From Pseudomonadota bacterium (GTDB taxonomy: Bacteria > Bdellovibrionota_C > UBA2361 > OMII01), in contig JAYPVM010000020.1 of assembly GCA_038134595.1 (NCBI GenBank), forward strand, positions 1-16,257: a DNA stretch of 16,257 nucleotides, written 5' to 3'. The translations under genes were made by a program, and so were the position numbers. Below, one piece after another: positions 1 through 6,914 of this stretch; position 1 is the first letter of the stretch, and every line of letters begins with the position of its first letter. The notes beneath the pieces were generated by a model that worked only from the letters and a program-made list of their open reading frames with translations, did not search any database and was not told the DNA's origin.

Positions 1-637
1 CCGTCGGCGTCTCAGTTGGCGTTTCGGTTGGCGTCTCAGTCGGCGTGTCAGTTGGAGTATCTGTCGGTGTTTCGGTCGGAGTATCCGTCGGCGTCTCAGT
101 TGGCGTTTCGCTTGGTGTTTCTGTAGGTGTCTCAGTTGGAGTCTCGGTCGGCGTATCTGTCGGGGTCTCTGTTGGTGTTTCTGTCGGCGTATCAGTTGGC
201 GTCTCGGTCGGTGTGTCTGTTGGTGTTTCCGTTGGAGTCTCTGTTGGAGTCTCGGTCGGTGTATCTGTCGGGGTGTCTGTCGGCGTCTCGGTTGGTGTAT
301 CCGTCGGAGTTTCCGTTGGTGTCTCCGTTGGAGTTTCGGTAGGTGTATCCGTTGGTGTCTCAGTCGGAGTCTCTGTCGGTGTATCTGTTGGCGTCTCGGT
401 CGGCGTATGTGTTGAGGTAGGAACCTGGGAGTTTGCCGCGCCACTCCAACAAAGATTTGTTAGCAATGCGATAAGTAGGAACAGCGGAACTTTTCGGCGA
501 AATTTCTCTGTCTCTTCAGTAATCTTTTCATCGGAAATTTGACGCACGAGTACCGGTAGGCACAACAGGCCTATTGCGACCAAAACGGTCATTACCTCAG
601 TACTGATATGGGGGAAACTCCCCATCATCTCATACAT
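1..637 (-). CDS. Exported/surface Thr-Pro-rich repeat protein, partial (runs off the left edge)
   Basis: Hand translation of the minus strand: ATG at 637-635, with GGGAG 5 nt upstream. Reads MYEMMGSFPHISTEVMTVLVAIGLLCLPVLVRQISDEKITEETEKFRRKVPLFLLIALLTNLCWSGAANSQVPTSTHTPT(ETPT/DTPT)n with no stop down to base 2. The nearest upstream in-frame stop is at 698-700. Alternative ATGs at 628, 625 and 592. Absent from the ORF track because the stop lies outside the window. Confidence 0.85.
   Translation of the reverse strand, partial: MYEMMGSFPHISTEVMTVLVAIGLLCLPVLVRQISDEKITEETEKFRRKVPLFLLIALLTNLCWSGAANSQVPTSTHTPTETPTDTPTETPTETPTDTPTETPTETPTETPTDTPTETPTDTPTDTPTETPTETPTETPTDTPTETPTDTPTETPTETPTDTPTETPTETPTETPSETPTETPTDTPTETPTDTPTDTPTETPTETPTETPT
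2..409 (-). repeat. Coding 12-bp tandem repeat: 33 units of [E/D]TP[T/S] plus one HTPT
   Basis: Plus-strand unit is NGT-NGG-NGT-NTC. Counted 33 units at 2-397 (22 Glu, 11 Asp, one Thr->Ser at 110-112). The array continues beyond the window. Confidence 0.97.
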
Positions 638-650
638 CACAGCTCCCAAT

Positions 651-715
651 TCGGCAGGAAGATTAAATTTGTTTAACTGTTTTTTGTTTAATTCGTTTTA
701 GTTTCTTTCTGCCGA
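651..715. promoter_or_regulatory. Inverted repeat/stem-loop just upstream of the RBS of the repeat-protein gene
   Basis: TCGGCAGGAAGA (651-662) vs TCTTTCTGCCGA (704-715), 11/12 complementary. The loop holds TTTGTTTAA twice (668-676, 683-691). Function is inferred. Confidence 0.45.
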
Positions 716-813
716 GTCCTTCATCTGACGGTTTTTACAACTGACTTTCAGCTACCCCCAACCTCCTAATTAAAGGAGTGATTTCAGGATAAACTGATAC
801 ACAACTGCTCGAT

Positions 814-949
814 TTAGGATGCAGAGGTGCTGATTCCAGCTTCAACAATGGATAGGTTTTTAAAATTTTTTGAAAAAGAGCTTTAGATCTTCAAAGACTC
901 GTCCGACAAAGACTTTATAGAATCGTTTTTTATCACAAATGCATCCTAA
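814..949. repeat. Perfect 10-bp inverted repeat pair flanking a 116-bp AT-rich segment
   Basis: TTAGGATGCA at 814-823 and TGCATCCTAA at 940-949. Internal direct repeat CAAAGACT at 892-899 and 907-914. Confidence 0.4.
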
Positions 950-1089
950 GGGGCCTAGCTGGATAAAATCGCCAACCTCAACAGAGTTACTCTCAGGCAA
1001 GCGGCTTGTTTGATGCTTGGGTTGGAAAACTTACCGAATAAAGTTTGAAAAGCACCCCCTGCTACCACCTGGGCAAACCCCCTCGATGT

Positions 1090-1111
1090 TGTACCAAAAA
1101 TGTACCAAAAA
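1090..1111. repeat. Perfect 11-bp tandem direct repeat (TGTACCAAAAA x2)
   Basis: Seen directly at 1090-1100 and 1101-1111 in intergenic DNA. Confidence 0.6.
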
Positions 1112-1271
1112 ATTTCCAGATGATAATTGGAGGGGCTGCGTGCCTGCCTGTTCATTCACAGCTAAAGGCGAAAATAACTCGGCGATGGTTCAGAGCGTTA
1201 TCAGAATAAAGTGTGAGGGGCTATCCACAACACATTTCACAAATGCTGGCCAAGATTGTCGATTAGGGTTT

Positions 1272-2135
1272 TCATGTCAAGATACCCTTAAGGTACTCCG
1301 CATAAGAGCTATTCTTCATTCCAGCTATGCTCACCTCTAGCTGCTCCCTCGTTATTAATCCCCTGGTAAAAGCAATCTCTTCAAGACATGCTACCATCAA
1401 TCCCTGCCTCTCTTGAATCGTTTGAATGAAATTAGCTGCTTGAAGTAATGACTCATGCGTTCCAGTATCTAACCATGCGACTCCCCGACCCAGAACCTCT
1501 ACAACCAGATCTTTTCGCTCAAGGTATACCTTGTTCACATCTGTGATTTCCAACTCTCCACGAGGAGACGGTTTTAAGTGCTTCGCTATATCAAGCACTT
1601 CATTGTCGTAGAAATACAAACCTGTGACCGCATAGTTTGAAATAAAGGAGGTAGGCTTCTCAACAAGCTGCAGCGCTCTTCCAGAGGAATCAAATTGGAC
1701 TACTCCATAACGCTCCGGATCTCGAACACGATACCCAAAAACGGTTGCACCGGATTTTCGTTTTGCCGCTTCATTCACCAAATGGGAAAATCCGTGCCCG
1801 AAAAATATATTATCACCCAAAGCAAGAGCTACAGAATCATTTCCGACGAACTCGCGTCCGATAATAAACGCCTGCGCAAGTCCGTCCGGGCTTTCCTGAA
1901 CCGCATACGACAACGAGATTCCCCATTTCGATCCGTCTCCTAGCAATCGCTGGAAAGCAGGTTGATCAGTTGGTGTTGAAATAATCAAAATATCCGTGAT
2001 ACCCGCAAGCATCAACGCTGAGAGCGGATAATAAATCATTGGCTTGTCATATAGAGGCAGCAACTGCTTGCTGACGGCCAAGGTCACTGGATGAAGCCTC
2101 GTGCCGGACCCACCCGCGAGAATTATACCTTTCAT
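1272..2135 (-). CDS. rfbA: Glucose-1-phosphate thymidylyltransferase (RmlA/RfbA)
   Basis: [69 protein letters not shown]. Start moved from 2177 to the ATG at 2135 (GGAG 7 nt upstream); 287 aa. Confidence 0.97.
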   Translation of the reverse strand: MKGIILAGGSGTRLHPVTLAVSKQLLPLYDKPMIYYPLSALMLAGITDILIISTPTDQPAFQRLLGDGSKWGISLSYAVQESPDGLAQAFIIGREFVGNDSVALALGDNIFFGHGFSHLVNEAAKRKSGATVFGYRVRDPERYGVVQFDSSGRALQLVEKPTSFISNYAVTGLYFYDNEVLDIAKHLKPSPRGELEITDVNKVYLERKDLVVEVLGRGVAWLDTGTHESLLQAANFIQTIQERQGLMVACLEEIAFTRGLITREQLEVSIAGMKNSSYAEYLKGILT

Positions 2136-2319
2136 ACTAAAACTCCAATCGCGACACAGTGCTGTTTCTTCGGACATCCATCGAATAAAAATTCCAAACT
2201 AACGAAAACAAATCCCAACAGTCACAAAAATGAATTCGAGTCATCTTCCATCCCTATCGTAGTTTACTACCACAGCTATCGAAACTTTTTAAGGCATCTT
2301 CGAAAAAAATAGAAGTTAA

Positions 2320-2349
2320 TTGCGCTATAAAAGACCTTAAAGCTATCAT
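2320..2349 (+). promoter_or_regulatory. Candidate sigma70-type promoter for dacB
   Basis: TTGCGC (2320-2325) - 18 nt - TATCAT (2344-2349) in the divergent rfbA/dacB gap. Confidence 0.35.
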
Positions 2350-2384
2350 CACAAGGTGTACTCCTATCGTAAACCTGCTAAAGC

Positions 2385-3596
2385 ATGAAAATTACTTGGT
2401 TAACCTTACTTATCTCTATAACGCTGGGCCTCCCGACGCAACACTGTAATGGACAGGATCTAAAGTCAGTACAAGCACTTCTAAGAGGTGGTGGTGTCTA
2501 TGCAGAAAACGACAACGGACAACCTATTCTCAACGTTCGAGGGAATAGCCAGTACATCCCAGCATCAACAATTAAACTGGCAACTGCCTTTTGTTCCCTT
2601 GAGAGTTTGTCCGCTGCTCATCGGTTCACGACAAAAATCTTCGTGCACGAAAACTCGCTTTACGTAAAAGGTTTCGGAGACCCGTCTTTGGTATCAGAGG
2701 AAATCCGGTCACTAGCCACCCATATTGCACCGCGCCTCTCCCGAATTGATCGAATCATCATAGACACCTCCGCATTCGCACTCAAGAAACTACCGGATGG
2801 AACGAGCAACACACTTAATCCGTATGACGCAACAAATGGGGCATTTATAGTAAACTTCGGATCTGCTCGACTTACCCGAAAATCCAAGCGTATCGTGGTA
2901 AGTGCAGAGCCCCAAACGCCGCTAACCCCCCTATCAGAACGAGCTGGACTGAAAATTCCAATCGGTAAAACAGACCGGATAAACGTCGCCTCAACCCCAT
3001 CATTAGGAGCACAATATGGTGCAGAGATCCTCGCAGCCATGCTTAAGAGCATGGAGATTAAAGGAGCCATGAATATTAGCTTTCAGGCAACGCCATCTAC
3101 AGCACACCTTATCTACACACATCACTCATCACATAATCTAGAAGAAATCATAAAAAAAATGCTCGAGTACTCGACAAATTTCACAGCCAACCAACTAATG
3201 CTAATCCTCGGCGCGGAAACATTCGGGTACCCAGCCACTCTCGAAAAAGGGCAGCGAGCCCTCTCCGAATGCCTGAAATCTGTTGGATGGTCAGATTTCC
3301 ATATCGAAGAGGGGTCGGGCCTCTCTCGAAAAACGCGAGTAACCCCCGAGCAACTCGTCCGCCTACTAAAATATTTTCCTCACTATGCTAGGCTACTACC
3401 TGAAAAAATGGGTTTCATGGCAAAAACCGGAAGCTTGAGAGGAGTCAATTCTTTAGCTGGATATTTTGAGCTGCAAAATAAGCAACGAATATTTTTTGCA
3501 ATTCTAATAAACGAAAACGTGCCGCACTTACACAAATTTACTGTCGCTAAAACGCTTCGTAATATCGTAGAGAAAAAAATATCCTCGAGCCGCTAA
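2385..3596 (+). CDS. dacB: D-alanyl-D-alanine carboxypeptidase/endopeptidase, PBP4 (peptidase S13) family
   Basis: N-terminal signal peptide; SxxK (PASTIK), SxN (YSTN), KTG (AKTGS); also LYVKGFGDPSL, GSGLSR and GVNSLAGY. Confidence 0.92.
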   Translation: MKITWLTLLISITLGLPTQHCNGQDLKSVQALLRGGGVYAENDNGQPILNVRGNSQYIPASTIKLATAFCSLESLSAAHRFTTKIFVHENSLYVKGFGDPSLVSEEIRSLATHIAPRLSRIDRIIIDTSAFALKKLPDGTSNTLNPYDATNGAFIVNFGSARLTRKSKRIVVSAEPQTPLTPLSERAGLKIPIGKTDRINVASTPSLGAQYGAEILAAMLKSMEIKGAMNISFQATPSTAHLIYTHHSSHNLEEIIKKMLEYSTNFTANQLMLILGAETFGYPATLEKGQRALSECLKSVGWSDFHIEEGSGLSRKTRVTPEQLVRLLKYFPHYARLLPEKMGFMAKTGSLRGVNSLAGYFELQNKQRIFFAILINENVPHLHKFTVAKTLRNIVEKKISSSR

Positions 3597-3615
3597 TGAC
3601 GTGCGGTTGAAAAAA

Positions 3616-4662
3616 TTATTCCTTCACAGGACGTGCCCCACCTTCTACCTGCGTTTCGTCGCTTATCGGCCTTGATAAGGAGAGGATGACGGAGCCAACA
3701 ATTAACCCCAATACCACTATGAGCGACACCTCAGTCGGAACCTCCCACCGTAGGAGCTCGTCAAACAAGGCCATCTTAGTGCCGATAAAAATCAGCACAA
3801 AAGACAATCCGTAGCTAAGGTAGTGAAAACGAGAAACAAAAGCCGCCAATAAAAAATATAGCGCCCGCAGATCAATCACCGCAAAGATGTTCGAAGTAAA
3901 GACAACTAATGGCTCCTTTGTTAAGCCAAAAATAGCGGGCACCGAATCAAAGGCAAACATTATGTCAGTTATTTCAATGAAAACTAGGGTTACGAACAAA
4001 GGGGTAACAAACCACCTACCAGATTGCTTCACAAAAAACTTTTCACCGTCTACCACCTTGGAAACAGGCAAAAATCGATTCAGGAATTTCAGTGCTCTGT
4101 TCCGCTCTGGGTCAACCTCAGGGTCCTTACCCCGCAAGACACCTATCCCCTGATAAATTAGAAAGATTCCAAAACACATTACGACCCAAGGAATCTCCAT
4201 AACTGCAGCACCGAGCGCTATGAAAATCGCTCGCAACACAATTGCTCCAAATAGTCCGTAAAAGAGAACCCTCTTTTGATGCTGAGCGGGGACAGAAAAA
4301 AATCTAAAAATAACCAAAAAGACAAAGAGGTTGTCTACCGCCAGTGACTTCTCAAGAAGATACCCGCTTAAATATTCTAACGCTAATTTTCTAGCAATAT
4401 CATGGGGCACAACTCCGCGAGCCATCGCTATCGCAGGGTTTGCACTCACATACCACCACGTAAAATAATAAAGGAGAGCGTTGAATATAAGAGCGATACC
4501 GAACCAACTCAACGCAGCGATAGAGGCTTCGCGGATTGAAACCTCCTTTGCATCACTGTGACTTATGCGGATCGAGCCCCAAAGAGCTACAGCGACAAGA
4601 CCTGAAAACGCTACGTATATCGGCCAGAATGTGGCAAAAGGAAATATGTGTACGTCCTGCAC
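3616..4662 (-). CDS. terC: TerC/Alx-family integral membrane metal-homeostasis protein
   Basis: GYLLEKSLAVDNLFVF, QKRVLFYG, IEITDIMFAFDSVPA, VFTSNIFA..LRALYF; multiple TM helices; GTG start with GAGG upstream. Confidence 0.93.
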   Translation of the reverse strand: MQDVHIFPFATFWPIYVAFSGLVAVALWGSIRISHSDAKEVSIREASIAALSWFGIALIFNALLYYFTWWYVSANPAIAMARGVVPHDIARKLALEYLSGYLLEKSLAVDNLFVFLVIFRFFSVPAQHQKRVLFYGLFGAIVLRAIFIALGAAVMEIPWVVMCFGIFLIYQGIGVLRGKDPEVDPERNRALKFLNRFLPVSKVVDGEKFFVKQSGRWFVTPLFVTLVFIEITDIMFAFDSVPAIFGLTKEPLVVFTSNIFAVIDLRALYFLLAAFVSRFHYLSYGLSFVLIFIGTKMALFDELLRWEVPTEVSLIVVLGLIVGSVILSLSRPISDETQVEGGARPVKE

Positions 4663-4677
4663 CTTAACAACCTCGCC

Positions 4678-5025
4678 CTACTCTTTTACTTTGCGAATCT
4701 CAACAACCCGCTCCCAAAAGTCTGGCTTCAAACGTTGCTTTACAGTCATAGCAATAGAATCGCCTACGTGAATCCCTTCAAGACCAACGTCATCTGCCAG
4801 ATAAAAGGGCATAGTCATCGCTTTCATGCCTACTATATTCCCTCCTCGATCTCGATACTGAGGTATTGGCGCATGCTTAACGAGCAATTCATTAGAAGCT
4901 CTACCATTACCCGGCATTGCCCGAACGACACCTGTAACCTGGTATGAAAAAACATTCTGCGCGCGAGCACTAGTAAGAGCAATTAAGGTCATTAATAATC
5001 CTAGCCAAATCCTCGTAACCGTCAT
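4678..5025 (-). CDS. CusF-like periplasmic Cu(I)/Ag(I)-binding protein
   Basis: Signal peptide ending ARA; small beta-rich domain with H-x-x-I...M-x-A-M-T-M-P-F and VGD motifs, matching the CusF His/Met/Met ligand pattern. Confidence 0.8.
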   Translation of the reverse strand: MTVTRIWLGLLMTLIALTSARAQNVFSYQVTGVVRAMPGNGRASNELLVKHAPIPQYRDRGGNIVGMKAMTMPFYLADDVGLEGIHVGDSIAMTVKQRLKPDFWERVVEIRKVKE

Positions 5026-5462
5026 TCTGCTGCTCCTCCTCTAATTGCCCAAATGCGCGCCCCTATCAACATACTATACAGAATACATACCGGTATACCC
5101 AGGGCAGTCAAGATAAACAGAGGCACACCAATCTGGTTTTTAATGGCCTGGATAGTCAAAAAAATAGCAGACCAAAAAACAACACTCCCACCAATAGCGG
5201 CAAGACACACTAATAGTGAACGCCGGTAGAATAGATAAAGTACCGTGATTAGCGCACTAAAGCCTACTGTTATCTGACCCATCATCGGAATGACCAAAAA
5301 AGTAACGACCACAAATGGAGCCATAAATATCGTAACACCAAGAGTTGCGACTAACTCAGAGATCGAGGGCGCCAACTGAACGGGGCGCTGCTTAGCAGCA
5401 ATCTTTCGCTCAAGCGCCAGGAATGAATCTTTTTTCTGCCCTTTTCCAAAAACTATGTGCAT
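5022..5462 (-). CDS. Hypothetical membrane protein (~4 TM helices)
   Basis: 146 aa with a basic N-terminus and four hydrophobic stretches. ATGA overlap with the downstream CusF-like gene; 20 nt from the upstream gene. Confidence 0.75.
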   Translation of the reverse strand: MHIVFGKGQKKDSFLALERKIAAKQRPVQLAPSISELVATLGVTIFMAPFVVVTFLVIPMMGQITVGFSALITVLYLFYRRSLLVCLAAIGGSVVFWSAIFLTIQAIKNQIGVPLFILTALGIPVCILYSMLIGARIWAIRGGAAE

Positions 5463-5482
5463 AGGTTAGACCAACTTCTTTA

Positions 5483-6823
5483 CTATTCTTTATTAGCGGC
5501 CGGCTCATCCAATTCGCTGCCCCTACGTATCGTCTCGTAAAACACAACGGAATCAACGCTTCCTCGAGAACGTTTTAGAATCTTGACCCGATAGCCCTCT
5601 ATTGCCTTTTCCTGACCGATCTCTGGAATACCGCTAAAGATAACATTCATAAATCCTGCTACCGTTGAATAATCAGCTGACTCAGGAATTGCTATTGGGA
5701 GCAGCGCATTCACATCTCCCACGGAGGCGTGGGCATTAACAAGAAACCCCCCATCCACGCGCCTTTCTACAACCGGCCTCTCGTCATCGAACTCATCTTG
5801 AATCTCACCGACTAATTCCTCGACGATATCTTCCAATGTTACCAAGCCACTTGTAACACCAAATTCATCAACAACTATGGCCATATGCACCCGTCTACTC
5901 TGCAATTCGCGGAGCAATGCTCTAATTCGTTTCGTCTCTGGTATAACATACGGCGATCTCATCAAAGATGAGATCGAAAAGTCCTGCCCTTCGACAAACT
6001 GTCGCAACAACTCCTTCGTATGGACTATCCCGATTATATTGTCTCGCGAACCAGAGTAGATAGGAATCCTTGAGTAACCCTCTTTTCCAACTACATCCAA
6101 TACCTCAGCTGCCGGCATATCAATACTAATAGCAACCATTTGAGTTCTTGGAACCATAATCTGCCGAACCAATCTCTCATCAAATGTAAAAACTTTTTCG
6201 ATCAGCTCATGCTCCGTCTTCTGAATCGAACCCAACTCGCCACTTCGGGCACTCTCAGCTAATAAAAGTCGTAATTCCTCCTCAGTGTGCGTATCTTCTT
6301 CGCTCGCAACCTTGATTCCAAACGGAGCAAGCACAAGCCACGTGCCACTGTTGATTAGCCATACCAAGGGTGCCGTCATAGTCGCAAAAATTTTAAGCGG
6401 TACTGCACATATATACGTAAGCTCCTGCGGATAATATATGGCCGCATATTTAGGAACCGCTTCGCCAAATATAAGGTGAAGAACTGTTATAACAACAAAT
6501 CCAATCGGAATCGCTATCTTATGAGCCAGTTCTACTGATATCGGAAGAGAGATAGCCTGAAAAGAAGCTACCAAAACATCTGCTATAATTGGCTCCCCAA
6601 CCCATCCCAGTGCCAAGCTTGCCAGGGTAATCCCAATTTGAGCAGCTGATAAATAGGCATCCAATCTATCCAGCATCTTTTGAGACACGATAGCTATACT
6701 ACTACCCGCTGAAGCGTCTGCCTCAACCGCAGAATAGCGTACTTTAACAATAGCGAATTCCGCCGCCACAAAAAAAGCATTGAGTGCGATAAGAATTACA
6801 AGAAGGGTAATACCGATGAACAT
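5483..6823 (-). CDS. CNNM/CorC (HlyC/TlyC 'hemolysin') family protein: DUF21 TM + CBS pair + CorC_HlyC domain, putative Mg2+/Co2+ exporter
   Basis: NAFFVAAEFA, QIGITLASLALGW, GEAVPK, IMVPR, YSRIPIY, AIVVDEFG..GLVTLEDIVEELVGEI.DEFD. Confidence 0.93.
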   Translation of the reverse strand: MFIGITLLVILIALNAFFVAAEFAIVKVRYSAVEADASAGSSIAIVSQKMLDRLDAYLSAAQIGITLASLALGWVGEPIIADVLVASFQAISLPISVELAHKIAIPIGFVVITVLHLIFGEAVPKYAAIYYPQELTYICAVPLKIFATMTAPLVWLINSGTWLVLAPFGIKVASEEDTHTEEELRLLLAESARSGELGSIQKTEHELIEKVFTFDERLVRQIMVPRTQMVAISIDMPAAEVLDVVGKEGYSRIPIYSGSRDNIIGIVHTKELLRQFVEGQDFSISSLMRSPYVIPETKRIRALLRELQSRRVHMAIVVDEFGVTSGLVTLEDIVEELVGEIQDEFDDERPVVERRVDGGFLVNAHASVGDVNALLPIAIPESADYSTVAGFMNVIFSGIPEIGQEKAIEGYRVKILKRSRGSVDSVVFYETIRRGSELDEPAANKE

Positions 6824-6866
6824 ATAAAAATCCTAGGGGGGAGGCATACCTCGCCAGCACCACTTT

Positions 6867-6900
6867 AAAAACCCCTGCGCGCTCGTACCAGCGTGCGGAG
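6867..6900 (-). terminator. Possible intrinsic terminator/attenuator between srkA and the CNNM gene
   Basis: Minus strand CTCC-GC-A-CGCT-(GGTACG)-AGCG-C-GC-A-GGGG-TTTTT: an imperfect GC-rich stem followed by five U, 14 nt after the srkA stop. Confidence 0.35.
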
Positions 6901-6914
6901 AGCTTACTAAAAAT

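Noticed and set aside
2..409. Repeat array as CRISPR or non-coding satellite
   Set aside because: No repeat-spacer alternation; 12-bp period with third-position-only variation indicates coding sequence.
45..542. Plus-strand poly-(VSVG) ORF and the nested 127..342 ORF
   Set aside because: Antisense shadow of the TP[T][E/D] repeat. Both frames share wobble positions, so codon pattern cannot decide, but only the minus frame has an RBS, an export signal and a known linker composition.
814..949. MITE interpretation of the 10-bp inverted repeat
   Set aside because: No target-site duplication in the flanks and no second copy in the window.
1068..1115. GGGCAAACC resembling the start of a c-di-GMP-I riboswitch
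   Set aside because: No GAAA-tetraloop P2 stem or downstream GACGCAAA element, and it faces the 3' end of rfbA rather than a gene start.
1221..1229. CTATCCACA, one mismatch from a DnaA box
   Set aside because: Single imperfect copy with no cluster and no dnaA-region genes.
955..1340. ORFs 955..1155 (-) and 1017..1340 (+)
   Set aside because: No recognisable motifs; they overlap each other, and the second overlaps the rfbA 3' end. A small protein cannot be fully excluded.
5483..6823. 'Hemolysin' or tellurium-resistance (ter operon) interpretation
   Set aside because: DUF21-CBS-CorC proteins are metal transporters despite the legacy name, and TerC here lacks terZABDE neighbours.
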